Shown here piece by piece: positions 24,810 to 34,799 of a DNA stretch of 56,286 nt. The notes beneath the pieces were generated by a model. That model saw only the letters and a program-made list of their open reading frames with translations. It made no database searches and was not told the DNA's origin. Both the position numbers and the translations under genes were made by a program. Each line of letters opens with the position of its first letter. Position 1 is the stretch's first letter. The stretch is from positions 1 to 56,286 of the forward strand of contig JBFJXA010000001.1 of the NCBI GenBank assembly GCA_041623375.1, given 5' to 3'. This stretch comes from Gammaproteobacteria bacterium. Its GTDB lineage: Bacteria > Pseudomonadota > Gammaproteobacteria > Steroidobacterales > Rariloculaceae.

Positions 24810-26240
24810 CTACGTCGTAGACGCCTCGAGCCAGCCGTTGACCTCCTCGAGGTCCTGAATCGACAGGCTGCCCGCAGCGAGCTTGAGGCGCAACACGTTG
24901 AGAATGTAGTCGTATCGGCTGCGCGCGTACGTCGTTTCGGCCCGTCTCAGATTGTTCTGCGATGTCAACACATCGACGGTCGTGCGCGTGCCGACCTCGA
25001 AGCCCGCTTCGGTCGCCCTGAGCGCAGTCCGCGATGACTCGACAGCCTGTGCGAGCGCGCGGACGCGGGAAATTTCCGACAGCACGCTCAGATAGGCGTC
25101 ACGCGCTTCGCGCTCGGTCTGACGCGCGATGCGCTCCAGCGCCTCGATCGCAGCCCGGTGGTCGTAGACGGCCTGTTGGATTCGAGAAGAATTGAATCCG
25201 CCCGAATAGATCGGAATTCGCAGGCTCAACTGCCAGCTCACGCTATCGGAGGCGGTCTGCGATGGGTTGCGGATCGTGGGACACGGCGGCGCCTGCAGGC
25301 AGGGCGCGCCGGCGATGAGATTGTTGATGCGCACGTTGTCGCTTGCAGAGTGGGCCAGGGAGCCGGACAAACTCACGCTCGGCAGGCGCACGCTACGCTG
25401 AATCGAGACGTCGTCGCGCGCGATGTCGGCCGATATCCGGTTGGTCGTCAGTAGTAGATTCTGCTCGAGCGCCTGATTGACCCAGGCCTGGACGTTGGCA
25501 GGCTGCGGCGTCGCCAGCGGAATTTCGCTGGCCGGGCCGGCGAGGTCCTGAACGTACTCGCCGATGATCTCGCGTAAGAATTCCTGGGTCGTGGCGAGGT
25601 TCTGCTGAGCTGCAATCTCGGTCGCGACGGCAAGATCGTAGCCGGCCTGCGCCTCCTGCACATCCGTGATTGCGATCAGGCCCACCTCGAAACGCCGCTG
25701 CGCCTGTTCGAGCTGGCGCCCGATAGCCTCGCGTGCGGATTGCTCGGCCGCGAGCGTGTCCTCGGCAGCGAGCACGAGAAAATAGGTGTTCGCGACGCGC
25801 ACGAGCAGGTCCTGCTGTGCCACCTGGAAGAAAGCCTCCGCGCGAGCGACGACCTTGTCCGCTTGCTTGAGCTGGAGAAACTGTCCCCAGTCGAACACGG
25901 TCTGACTGAGACCGACCGACCAGTTCGAGCTATCCCGTTCCGCCTCGGTGCTGATGATGTTCGGATCGACCTCGCCCGTTGCGAAGTTGATCGGACGATT
26001 CGGGTCCTCCGAGCGCGAACTTCCGAGCCCGGCCGACAGGTTCAGGGAGGGTAGGATGCTACTGCGAGCCTGCGGTTTAGCCTCGATTCCCGAGAGATAA
26101 ACCGCCTCCGCCTCGCGAATAGCGGGATCGTTTTGTAGTGCCCGCTGGTAGATCTCTATGAGATCCTCAGCACCGGCCACGCTCGTGAAAACGTTGGCCA
26201 GCGCCACGACGCAGAGAACACGTAGGTGTTTGTAGCTCAT
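24810..26240 (-). CDS. tolC: Outer-membrane efflux channel TolC
   Basis: The start is ATG 26240 (GGAAGG upstream), giving MSYKHLRVLCVVALANVFTSVAGA-EDL. It shows the TolC pattern DLIEIYQRALQNDP....A and a duplicated repeat architecture. The ORF-track start 26336 would overlap the rhodanese gene. Confidence 0.9.
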   Translation of the reverse strand: MSYKHLRVLCVVALANVFTSVAGAEDLIEIYQRALQNDPAIREAEAVYLSGIEAKPQARSSILPSLNLSAGLGSSRSEDPNRPINFATGEVDPNIISTEAERDSSNWSVGLSQTVFDWGQFLQLKQADKVVARAEAFFQVAQQDLLVRVANTYFLVLAAEDTLAAEQSAREAIGRQLEQAQRRFEVGLIAITDVQEAQAGYDLAVATEIAAQQNLATTQEFLREIIGEYVQDLAGPASEIPLATPQPANVQAWVNQALEQNLLLTTNRISADIARDDVSIQRSVRLPSVSLSGSLAHSASDNVRINNLIAGAPCLQAPPCPTIRNPSQTASDSVSWQLSLRIPIYSGGFNSSRIQQAVYDHRAAIEALERIARQTEREARDAYLSVLSEISRVRALAQAVESSRTALRATEAGFEVGTRTTVDVLTSQNNLRRAETTYARSRYDYILNVLRLKLAAGSLSIQDLEEVNGWLEASTT

Positions 26241-26292
26241 CGCAAACCTTCCGATGGTTGATTGAAAGAATGATCGGCGACAGAAAGGCGCC

Positions 26293-26628
26293 TCAGTAGC
26301 GCGAAAGACCCGGAGCGATTTCGACTGCCCAGGCATCGATGCCCCCGGCGAGATTGAAAACGTCCTCGAAGTCGTTTGCTAACAGAAAGCCAGCAACGTG
26401 TCTACTGCGGACTCCCGTATGACACATGACGACGATCGGGCGATTACGATCGAGCTCTGCGAGCCGCGCTGGAATCTCGCGCATCGGAATGTGTAGCGAG
26501 CCGGAAAGCGAGACGATCGCGAGCTCTTCAGGCTCGCGCACGTCGAGCAGCTGGACCTCATCGGCACGGTCCGCGGGCCAGCGTTCGCGAAACGACGTAG
26601 GGGTTAGCTCTTCGGGCATGTTGCTCAT
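26293..26628 (-). CDS. Rhodanese-like sulfurtransferase domain protein
   Basis: 111 aa with LLDVREPEE, the active-site loop VMCHTGVRS and GGIDAW. Confidence 0.85.
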   Translation of the reverse strand: MSNMPEELTPTSFRERWPADRADEVQLLDVREPEELAIVSLSGSLHIPMREIPARLAELDRNRPIVVMCHTGVRSRHVAGFLLANDFEDVFNLAGGIDAWAVEIAPGLSRY

Positions 26629-26900
26629 GCCGGGGGACAGCCCGCTCGTTTCACCGGGACTCCGGATGATGGCGAAGTCCAGGGGCTTTTGAGCGTCGAA
26701 TTGTTAGTGAGAGTCATAGTCGCAACTATGGCTCGAAGGAAGGCCAAGTCCAAGGGCGCCCGGGCGAGCCAGGGATGGAGTCGTTCGCGAGCGAAACTCG
26801 AAACGGCTAGGCTGCGACGACACGTCTGTGCTGCCACCCGATTTTCTAATCCGTAACGGCACGCGCAGCGTAGCGATCGCCTGGTGAAATGTGCGGGTTT

Positions 26901-27551
26901 TTAAAGAATGAATGGTGGAGGTGTATCGGCGTTGACGAGCGGCGCAAGTAATGTCTCGAACAGGCTCTGGCGAGTCCAGTTGCCGTACGCATGCAGCGTA
27001 ACGAGCTGTGCTTCCATGATCGGCTTGCGTCCTGTGACGACAAACAGCCGGCCTCCCGGGCGCAGCATGCGAATGAAACGCTCGTCCAGCTCGGGCACGG
27101 ACCCCGTGACCGCAATGGCGTCGAACTCTCCCTCGTAGTCGAGTGACAGGCCGTCTGCAACGTGCAGCTCGACGTTCGCGAGATCTGACTCTTCGAGCTT
27201 CGGGCCTGCGGCATCGATGAAATCCGCAAAGATGTCGACGCTGATAACGGAATCAGCGAGCCATGCCAGGCAGGCAGTAAGAAAACCGCTGCCCGTTCCG
27301 ATCTCGAGCACGCGGTCCACGGGCCCAATCTGCAGCGATTGCAACAAACGACCCTCGACGCTCGGCGCCATCATATGCTGGCCGTGTGGGAGCGGAATCT
27401 CGAGATCCGCGAACGCAACGTCGGCGTACTCGGCAGGCACAAATCGCTCACGTCGCGTCGCGCCGAGTGCGTCCAGTACGCGGTCGTCGAGGACCTCCCA
27501 GGCCCGGATCTGTTGGCGGAGCATTTGATAGCGCGCGTGTTCGAGGTTCAT
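26901..27551 (-). CDS. Protein-L-isoaspartate O-methyltransferase family protein
   Basis: The internal ATG 27551 gives MNLEHARYQMLRQQIR. Motifs: R..FVP......AF.D..IP...GQ.M..P, SAM motif VLEIGTGSGF, and LRPGGRLFVV. The pcm-like/rhodanese/tolC order is one I recall from Xanthomonadales-like genomes. Confidence 0.82.
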   Translation of the reverse strand: MNLEHARYQMLRQQIRAWEVLDDRVLDALGATRRERFVPAEYADVAFADLEIPLPHGQHMMAPSVEGRLLQSLQIGPVDRVLEIGTGSGFLTACLAWLADSVISVDIFADFIDAAGPKLEESDLANVELHVADGLSLDYEGEFDAIAVTGSVPELDERFIRMLRPGGRLFVVTGRKPIMEAQLVTLHAYGNWTRQSLFETLLAPLVNADTPPPFIL

Positions 27552-27934
27552 CGGGCGAGGTTCATTGAGAGGGCCTGGCTGGTCTCGGGCGGAGCGTAGG
27601 TTACGGAGTATAACCCGCGGGCACAAGGCGATCGGGACCTGAATTATGGTTAATCGCCGGGGCCCCAAGATGGCGGATGCGGTATCTTTGCTGTCACGAG
27701 GCGAAAGTAATGAGCGCCGCAAAACACGCGCCGACGCCGCTGGGCCATGGACGTGTTTGCGACGCGATTGATAACAAGCTCGCCGCAACGCAACGAAGCG
27801 ACAAGGGCGCACAGCCCAATGCAAGCAGGGAAGAAGCCGACTGGATCCCGTGATTTATCCGGGCGGATTGCGAGCCGCTCGCCGTCGCGTCTGTCTGACG
27901 TAGCGGAGCCGGGCACGGAGGAAAAGGCGAGCGC

Positions 27935-30238
27935 GTGGAGCTGATAGCGCAATACGCATGGGCAGGCCCGGCAGTCGCGATCCTGCTGGTCATAGCGCTG
28001 ACCTTCGCGTTGAGCTCGCGCCGGCGTGCGCTGCGCTCCGTCGCCGCCATCAGTCGGGAGCTCAGGGCGCTTGCGGCTGAGCAGCCACAGGGGCGACTCG
28101 AGCCCTCGGGCCGCACCGACGAGATTGCCGATCTCGCAGCGAGCGTGAACGCTGCACTCGATCGCAACTCAGCACCGCTCCTCGAGTCCAAGCAGCTATT
28201 CGGCACGCTGACCGGCTTGCTCCCCGAGCTCGCGCTCGTACATACGGACGTGATTCTCTTTGCCAACAGGGCCGCGGCGGCGCATTTCGGCCTCGAGCCG
28301 AGCGCCCTCGTCGGGAAGGCCATCGTCGATCTCATACGCCCCGCTTACCGCTCGGTCCTTCGTAAGCACATTGCGAAGCTGCAGGAAGATCCCGAGGCAA
28401 CCGCTGAGCCGCTGGAGGTACAGCTCATCTCGAGCAACGATGAAGGCCTGTGGGCGGAGCTTCACTCACAGACGGTCACCTTCGACGGCCAGCAGGCGCT
28501 GCTCACGGTGGCCAAGGACATCACACACCGCAAGAGCATGGAAGCATCGCTTGGCCGCGGCAAGCTTCAGGCGCGAATCACGCTCGAGTCGATCGGTGAA
28601 GCGGTCGTCACGACGGATACGAGCGGCAACATCGACTACATGAACGCGACGGCTGAAGAGTTGACTGGCGCATCGAGGAGCATGGGTCTCGGTAAACGAC
28701 TCACGGATCTCATCGCGGTCGTCGATGAGGCCGACCGCGAATCCCTGGGAGATCCGGTGGAACGTTGCCTCGCGACACACAAGCGTGTCAGCCTGGGTCG
28801 GCGTGCGTTACTGCTCAGCAAGCATGGGGGCCGCGAGTGTTCGATCGAACTGACCGCATCGCCCATCCGAGCGCCGGACGGCAGCGTGGCCGGGTGCGTC
28901 GTCATTTTTCACGACGTCACGGAGCTGCGCGGTATCGCCAAGAAAATGTCGTATCAAGCGAGCCACGATGCGTTGACGGGGCTCGTGAACCGAGCAGAGT
29001 TCGAAAGGCGCCTGGAAGCGGCTCTGCAACGTGCGCGAGCGGGTAACGGCGCCGGACATGTCGTGTGCTATCTGGATCTCGATCGGTTCAAAGCTGTCAA
29101 TGACACGTGCGGCCATCTTGCCGGCGATAATCTGTTGCGCGAGATAGCATCCTTGTTGCGCGAGAAGGTGCGTGACTCCGACACGGTTGCACGCCTCGGC
29201 GGAGACGAGTTCGGTCTTCTGCTGATTGGCTGTCCACTCGACAAGGCGCAGCAGATTACGGAAGACATCTGCAGGGCCGTTGCCGACTATCGTTTCGTCT
29301 GGCGCGATCAGATCTTCGACATCGGTGTCAGCATAGGTGTCGTGGAGATCGGCCACGATAGCGGCTCGTCCGAGATGGTCCTCGGCGCAGCGGATTCCGC
29401 GTGCTACGTAGCCAAACAACAGGGACGCGGCCGTGTACATATCTACTCCGCGCACGATGAGCTCGTCGCCCGGCAACGTGGTGAAATCCAGTGGTTGCAG
29501 CGTCTGCAACACGCGTTAAAAGAGAACACCTTCGAGCTTTTCGTCCAGCCGATCATCTCCGTGGCCGGGCGCGTCGACTCGGGCCCCGCGCTCGAGCTGT
29601 TACTTAGAATGCGTGATGAAACTGGCGCACTCATCGCGCCGGCGCAGTTTCTCCAGGCGGCCGAACGCTACCAGCTCATGACCAGTATCGACCGCTGGGT
29701 CGTACAGGCGACGCTGACAGCATTGGCGAGCGGCGCGATTCGCGTTCCGGACGGGCGCTGCTGCGGGATCAATCTCTCGGCACAAACGCTCGGCGACGAG
29801 ACGTTTCTCGAGTTCGTCGTAGAGGCGCTCGATCACTCCGGCGTCGAGCCCGCGAAGCTCTGTTTCGAGATTCCGGAAGCCGCTGTTGTCGGTAATATCG
29901 ATCACGCTCGCAGGTTCATCAATGTGCTGCACGGCATCGGTTGTCACTTCGGGCTCGACGATTTCGGCAGTGGCATCGGCTCGTTCTCGAATCTCAAGCA
30001 GCTCGCGATCGACTACCTAAAAATCGACGGTGCCTACATCCGCAACATCGCCGAGGACAGCGTCAATCACGCGATGGTTGCAGCCATGATCAAGCTCGCG
30101 CGCAGTCTGAATTTTCGCGTCGTGGCCGAGGAGGTCGAGGATCGAGAGTCGTTCGAAGCCGTGCGGCGCATGGGCGTGGATTTCGTCCAGGGCTTCATCG
30201 TCGAGCGCCCCCACCCGATGCAGCAGATGGTGCATTGA
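27935..30238 (+). CDS. Membrane-anchored PAS-PAS-GGDEF-EAL c-di-GMP signalling protein
   Basis: There is an N-terminal TM segment and a HAMP-like linker, then two PAS-like regions. The GGDEF domain has HDALTGL.NR, DLDRFKAVND and RLGGDEFGLL. The EAL domain has ELFVQPI, FE(I)PE, LDDFGSG and the DYLKIDG motif. Confidence 0.9.
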   Translation: MELIAQYAWAGPAVAILLVIALTFALSSRRRALRSVAAISRELRALAAEQPQGRLEPSGRTDEIADLAASVNAALDRNSAPLLESKQLFGTLTGLLPELALVHTDVILFANRAAAAHFGLEPSALVGKAIVDLIRPAYRSVLRKHIAKLQEDPEATAEPLEVQLISSNDEGLWAELHSQTVTFDGQQALLTVAKDITHRKSMEASLGRGKLQARITLESIGEAVVTTDTSGNIDYMNATAEELTGASRSMGLGKRLTDLIAVVDEADRESLGDPVERCLATHKRVSLGRRALLLSKHGGRECSIELTASPIRAPDGSVAGCVVIFHDVTELRGIAKKMSYQASHDALTGLVNRAEFERRLEAALQRARAGNGAGHVVCYLDLDRFKAVNDTCGHLAGDNLLREIASLLREKVRDSDTVARLGGDEFGLLLIGCPLDKAQQITEDICRAVADYRFVWRDQIFDIGVSIGVVEIGHDSGSSEMVLGAADSACYVAKQQGRGRVHIYSAHDELVARQRGEIQWLQRLQHALKENTFELFVQPIISVAGRVDSGPALELLLRMRDETGALIAPAQFLQAAERYQLMTSIDRWVVQATLTALASGAIRVPDGRCCGINLSAQTLGDETFLEFVVEALDHSGVEPAKLCFEIPEAAVVGNIDHARRFINVLHGIGCHFGLDDFGSGIGSFSNLKQLAIDYLKIDGAYIRNIAEDSVNHAMVAAMIKLARSLNFRVVAEEVEDRESFEAVRRMGVDFVQGFIVERPHPMQQMVH

Positions 30239-30567
30239 CGAGAACGCTTCGGGTCGCTGATTTTCTCGCCACCGGTTATCCCGCAGGGCCGCGGCTGCGG
30301 TTCGCGTCGACCGTAGCGAGGCCCGCAGCGCGGGGCCCAAAGGTCGACACTTTCCATATTCGACCGCAAAGCCTTCTGAGACTGTGATTCTGACTGGTCC
30401 TCCGGCAACCGGGCCCCGCTCGTTCGAACGACGTTAGACGCAGTTCGGGCCGAACGCAGCGAGCGGGAACCCAGACGAGAGGCCCCAAGCGCGTGCACCG
30501 TCGCGAAGACAGTCGCACGCGCCGCGCTTGGCGACGAGGCTTTCGGCTAAGTTATTCGCAGGCGGAA

Positions 30568-32580
30568 CTACAGTATCGGCACGATCAGCAGCGCGACGAT
30601 GTTGATGATCTTGATCAGCGGATTGATCGCGGGCCCGGCCGTGTCCTTGTAGGGATCGCCGACGGTGTCGCCCGTAACGGCAGCTTTGTGGGCATCGGAG
30701 CCCTTGCCGCCGAAGTTACCGTCCTCGATATACTTCTTGGCGTTGTCCCATGCGCCGCCGCCCGTGGTCATCGAGATCGCGACGAACAGACCCGTCACGA
30801 TCGTGCCGATCAGAAGGCCGCCGAGGGCTTCGGGACCGAGTACCAGACCGACGACAATCGGCACGCCGATCGGTAGTAGCGAAGGCACGATCATCTCTTT
30901 GATGGCGGCCTTCGTCAGCAGGTCGACAGCCGTCGAATAGTCCGGCTTGGTCGTGCCTTCCATGATGCCGCTGATTTCGCGGAACTGCCGGCGGACTTCC
31001 TCGACGACCGAGCCTGCAGCTCGGCCAACGGCTTCCATGGCCATCGCGGCGAACAGATACGGCACGAGCCCGCCGATGAACAGACCAATGATGACCAAGG
31101 GCTCGAATAGGTTGAACCCCAGACCCGAAATGCCGGCTTCGTCGAGGCTGTTCGTGTAGTCGGCGAACAGCACGAGCGCGGCGAGTCCGGCCGAGCCGAT
31201 CGCATAACCCTTGGTCACGGCCTTGGTCGTGTTGCCGACTGCGTCGAGCGCGTCGGTGACGTTACGCACGTCCGACGGCAGCTCGGCCATCTCGGCAATG
31301 CCGCCGGCGTTATCGGTGATCGGGCCGAAGGCATCCAGCGCAACGATCATGCCCGTCATCGACAGCATGCTCGTGGCCGCGATCGCAATGCCGTAGAGAC
31401 CGGCGAGCTCGTGGGCGGCCCAAATCGACAGACACACGGAGAGCACGGGTAGTGCCGTGGATTTCATCGACACGCCGAGTCCGGCGATGATATTCGTGGC
31501 ATCACCGGTCATCGAGGCAGCGGCAACTTTCTTGACGGGACCGAACTGGGTTCCCGTGTAGTACTCGGTGATGACGACCATCGCTGCCGTCAGAGCGAGC
31601 CCGATCAGCGCGGCAAAGTAGATGTTCATCGAGCCTTCGCCCATGAGGGCCATCGTGATCGGATAGAAAGCTATTGCGGCGAGCACACCCGAGACGATAA
31701 CGCCCTTGTAGAGCGCGCTCATGATCTTGCCGCTCGACGTGCTGACGAAAAACGTTCCAATGATCGAGGCGATGATCGAGACGCCACCGAGCACGATCGG
31801 GTAGATGACGGCGTTTGCGCCAAGAGCGCCGGCCGCGAGGCCGCCGAGAAGCATCGTCGCAATGACCGTGACGGCATACGTCTCGAACAGATCGGCAGCC
31901 ATGCCGGCGCAGTCACCGACGTTGTCGCCGACGTTATCGGCAATGACGCCGGGATTGCGTGGGTCGTCCTCGGGTATGCCGGCTTCGACTTTGCCGACGA
32001 GGTCTGCGCCGACGTCGGCGCCTTTCGTGAATATGCCGCCGCCCAGACGCGCGAAGATCGAGATCAACGAGCCGCCGAAGGCCAGACCGACCAGCGCGTG
32101 CAGAATGTCGCGCTCAACGAGACCGAATCCCTGCAGCAACGTGAAATAGCCGGCCACGCCGAGGAGTCCCAGACCGACGACGAGCAGGCCTGTGATTGCA
32201 CCGCCGCGAAACGCGATACGCAGCGCCGGATTGATGCCGATCGTTGCGGCCTGAGCGGTGCGCACGTTCGCGCGCACGGAGACGAACATTCCGATGTAAC
32301 CCGCGAGACCCGAGAAGATTGCGCCGATCGCAAACCCGCCGGCCGTGGCCCAGTCCAGTGCGAGGCCGAGGATCACGAACAGGACTACGCCGACGATGCC
32401 GATGGTCATGTATTGGCGGTCCATGTAGGCCTTGGCGCCTTCCTGAATGGCCGCGGCGATCTGCTGCATGCGCTCGGTGCCGTCCGACTGACCGAGGATC
32501 CAGGTGACCGAAACCATGCCGTACAGGATTGCGAGCAGAGCGGCGCCAAGCGAGAGCCACAAAGCGAGTTCTGGATTCAT
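30568..32580 (-). CDS. hppA: Membrane-bound proton/sodium-translocating pyrophosphatase
   Basis: 670 aa and polytopic. Signature motifs are [27 protein letters not shown] and AAGNTTKA-like ([11 protein letters not shown]). Confidence 0.95.
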   Translation of the reverse strand: MNPELALWLSLGAALLAILYGMVSVTWILGQSDGTERMQQIAAAIQEGAKAYMDRQYMTIGIVGVVLFVILGLALDWATAGGFAIGAIFSGLAGYIGMFVSVRANVRTAQAATIGINPALRIAFRGGAITGLLVVGLGLLGVAGYFTLLQGFGLVERDILHALVGLAFGGSLISIFARLGGGIFTKGADVGADLVGKVEAGIPEDDPRNPGVIADNVGDNVGDCAGMAADLFETYAVTVIATMLLGGLAAGALGANAVIYPIVLGGVSIIASIIGTFFVSTSSGKIMSALYKGVIVSGVLAAIAFYPITMALMGEGSMNIYFAALIGLALTAAMVVITEYYTGTQFGPVKKVAAASMTGDATNIIAGLGVSMKSTALPVLSVCLSIWAAHELAGLYGIAIAATSMLSMTGMIVALDAFGPITDNAGGIAEMAELPSDVRNVTDALDAVGNTTKAVTKGYAIGSAGLAALVLFADYTNSLDEAGISGLGFNLFEPLVIIGLFIGGLVPYLFAAMAMEAVGRAAGSVVEEVRRQFREISGIMEGTTKPDYSTAVDLLTKAAIKEMIVPSLLPIGVPIVVGLVLGPEALGGLLIGTIVTGLFVAISMTTGGGAWDNAKKYIEDGNFGGKGSDAHKAAVTGDTVGDPYKDTAGPAINPLIKIINIVALLIVPIL

Positions 32581-32788
32581 TATTTATATCTCCCTGTTGT
32601 TTCATCGGCCGGAGCGCGTCGCAGGACGTATTCTGCCCACGCTCTTCTGGCCCTTCCGGCGGCGATAAGCAGCAGTCCCCGAACGCCGGCCGCGCGCTGC
32701 GGCGACGGCCCATGTGCGGCTTTGGGGATGCGAGTCCAAACCGGGACCTGTTAGGTGCCGCGGCCGGATGGCGACCGTGAAGTGCGCG

Positions 32789-34051
32789 CTATCTTAGCAC
32801 AAACGGTTCTTCGAGCCGCTTGGGAACGGACTTGTTCCTGGGTCTGACATAAGCCGGCAGACCGTTCTCGTACGGCGGGTAATCTTCCCCGGCGATCAGC
32901 GGTTTGAGATAGCGACGCGCGGTCGGCGTGATTGCAAAACCGTCGCGGCTGATGAAGCTGCGCGGCATTTTTTTCTCGCGGTTGGCAACCTCGCTGAGCT
33001 CGACGTGACCGATGCTCCAGCGGTAGGGCTTGTCGGATTCGCGAACGATCGTCGGCATGACGGCGTTGTGGCCCTCGAGCGCGAGCTCGACGGCTCGCTT
33101 GCCGACGGCGTAGGCCTGCTCGACGTCTACGGCCGAGGCGATGTGCCGCGCGGAGCGCTGAAGATAGTCGGCGATGGCATAGTGATACTTGTAGCCGAGG
33201 CGGCTCTTGACGATCTCGGCTATCGTGACCGCCACACCGCCAAGCTGCGCATGACCGAACGCATCCGTCGTGCCCGCATCGGCGAGAAATCGGCCGTCGG
33301 GGTGCTGCACGCCCTCGGAAACGACGACGACGCAGTACTCGTGCTTTTCGACGCTTTGCTTGACGCGCGCAAGGAATGCGGGCTCATCGAACGGCGTTTC
33401 GGGAAACAGGATGACGTGCGGCGGCTCGGCCGGGGTTTCCCCGGCAAGTCCCGAGGCTGCAGCGATCCAGCCCGCGTGGCGGCCCATGACCTCGAGGATG
33501 AAGACCTTCGTCGAGGTTTTCGCCATAGAGGCGATGTCCAGAGCTGCCTCGCGGGTCGATACGGCGACGTACTTGGCGACCGAGCCGAAGCCCGGGCAGA
33601 CGTCCGTAACCGGCAGATCGTTATCGACGGTTTTCGGAATGCCGATGCACGTGATCTCGAAGCCGAGGTTCTTACCGAGCTGCGATACCTTGTGGGCCGT
33701 ATCCATCGAGTCGCCGCCGCCGTTGTAGAAGAAATAGCCGATGTCGTGAGCTTTGAAGACCTCGATGAGGCGCTCATACTCCAGGCGGTTCTCGTCGAGT
33801 CCCTTGAGCTTGTAACGTGCCGAGCCGAACGCACCACCTGGCGTATACCTTAAGCCCGCGATCATCTCCGCCGTCTCCACGCCCGTGTCGATGAGGTCCT
33901 CGGTCAGCGCGCCGATGATGCCGTTGCGTCCGGCATAGACGTTCTTGATTCTGCTCTCGTGCTGCCGTGCGGTTTCTATTACACCGCAGGCTGTGGCGTT
34001 GATAACGGCGGTGACGCCACCGGATTGCGCATAGAAAGCGTTCTTTGCCAC
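32789..34051 (-). CDS. pfp: 6-phosphofructokinase, probably pyrophosphate-dependent (PPi-PFK, about 420-aa type)
   Basis: MAKNAFYAQSGGVTAVINA, NGGGDSMDTA, IGIPKTVDNDL and MGRHAGW. The length and N-terminus resemble the methanotroph/Xanthomonas PPi-PFK type. PPi specificity is inferred from that resemblance and from adjacency to hppA. Confidence 0.8.
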   Translation of the reverse strand: MAKNAFYAQSGGVTAVINATACGVIETARQHESRIKNVYAGRNGIIGALTEDLIDTGVETAEMIAGLRYTPGGAFGSARYKLKGLDENRLEYERLIEVFKAHDIGYFFYNGGGDSMDTAHKVSQLGKNLGFEITCIGIPKTVDNDLPVTDVCPGFGSVAKYVAVSTREAALDIASMAKTSTKVFILEVMGRHAGWIAAASGLAGETPAEPPHVILFPETPFDEPAFLARVKQSVEKHEYCVVVVSEGVQHPDGRFLADAGTTDAFGHAQLGGVAVTIAEIVKSRLGYKYHYAIADYLQRSARHIASAVDVEQAYAVGKRAVELALEGHNAVMPTIVRESDKPYRWSIGHVELSEVANREKKMPRSFISRDGFAITPTARRYLKPLIAGEDYPPYENGLPAYVRPRNKSVPKRLEEPFVLR

Positions 34052-34157
34052 GTTGTACCTGCCCTGCGGGATATTGCTTGTTCGTTTGACGGTGAGCGTA
34101 GCTCAAGATAGTTTACGCGTCCGACGCGATCAAGCGGGCGCCGCGGGAGAGGCCTCG

Positions 34158-34799
34158 ATGCGAATCGTATTGCTCGGAGCGCCAGGCTCGGGCAAGGGGA
34201 CACAGGCGAAGAAACTCCAGGCCGAGCGCGGCTTGCCGCAAATCTCCACGGGCGATTTGCTGCGCGCGGCCGTTGCGGAGCAAACGCCGCTCGGCGTCGA
34301 GGCCAAAGCGGCCATGGACGCCGGTAACCTCGTCTCGAACGAAATCGTGCTCGCGATGATCCGTGAGCGTCTGGATAGTAATGACGCCCGCGGCGGCTAC
34401 ATTCTCGACGGCTTTCCACGCAACCTCGAGCAGGCGCAGGCGCTCGATGAGCTGCTGACCGATCTCGGCCAGAAGCTCGATGCCGTCGTATTGCTGAGCG
34501 TAGACTTCGACGTCCTCATGAAGCGCCTGACGGGACGCAGAACGTGCTCGAAGACGGGTAAGCTGCTCAATATCTATTTCTCGAGCCGGGAGGAGCTCGA
34601 CGCCGTTACCGAATACGGCGGTGAGCTCCTGCAGCGCGACGATGACAAGGAAGAGACGATCCGTCATCGGCTCGAGGTCTATGAGCAGCGCACGGCCCCG
34701 CTCATCGAACACTATCGCAGCGCTGGTTTGTTGCACGAAATCGACGCGCAGGGTAGCGCCGACGACGTTTACGCGCGCCTACTCGAGGCCATCGACTAG
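34158..34799 (+). CDS. adk: Adenylate kinase
   Basis: The internal ATG 34158 gives MRIVLLGAPGSGKGTQA. Motifs: ISTGD.LR, G.L.S.E.V......R, GYILDGFPR...QA..L and RDDD.EET...RL. Confidence 0.95.
   Translation: MRIVLLGAPGSGKGTQAKKLQAERGLPQISTGDLLRAAVAEQTPLGVEAKAAMDAGNLVSNEIVLAMIRERLDSNDARGGYILDGFPRNLEQAQALDELLTDLGQKLDAVVLLSVDFDVLMKRLTGRRTCSKTGKLLNIYFSSREELDAVTEYGGELLQRDDDKEETIRHRLEVYEQRTAPLIEHYRSAGLLHEIDAQGSADDVYARLLEAID

Noticed and set aside
24807-24823. The palindrome CGTCTACG-T-CGTAGACG at the hldE/tolC junction, as a bidirectional terminator.
   Set aside because: The loop is only 1 nt, so the effective stem is short. The palindrome overlaps the tolC stop and C-terminal codons and has no U-tract. 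That is insufficient to call it a terminator.
26728-26859. A 43-codon, highly basic small ORF (MARRKAKSKGARASQGW...) in the pcm-like/rhodanese gap.
   Set aside because: GC3 is about 59%, against roughly 80% or more in neighbouring genes. The Shine-Dalgarno is weak and distant, and the ORF is on the opposite strand to both flanking genes. It is probably non-coding.
27650-27952. A 100-aa minus-strand ORF, plus a 47-codon plus-strand ORF (27710-27853), in the pcm-like / PAS-GGDEF-EAL divergent region.
   Set aside because: No motifs, only intermediate GC3 (about 65% for the small one), and no convincing ribosome binding site. The region is more simply a divergent promoter region.
30485-30531. 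A hairpin (CCAAGCGCG...CGCGCTTGG with an inner GTGC/GCAC) in the 330-bp convergent gap after hppA.
   Set aside because: It is plausibly a terminator stem but is imperfect and has no U-rich tail on either strand. I could not distinguish it from chance GC-rich complementarity, so it is not listed as a feature.
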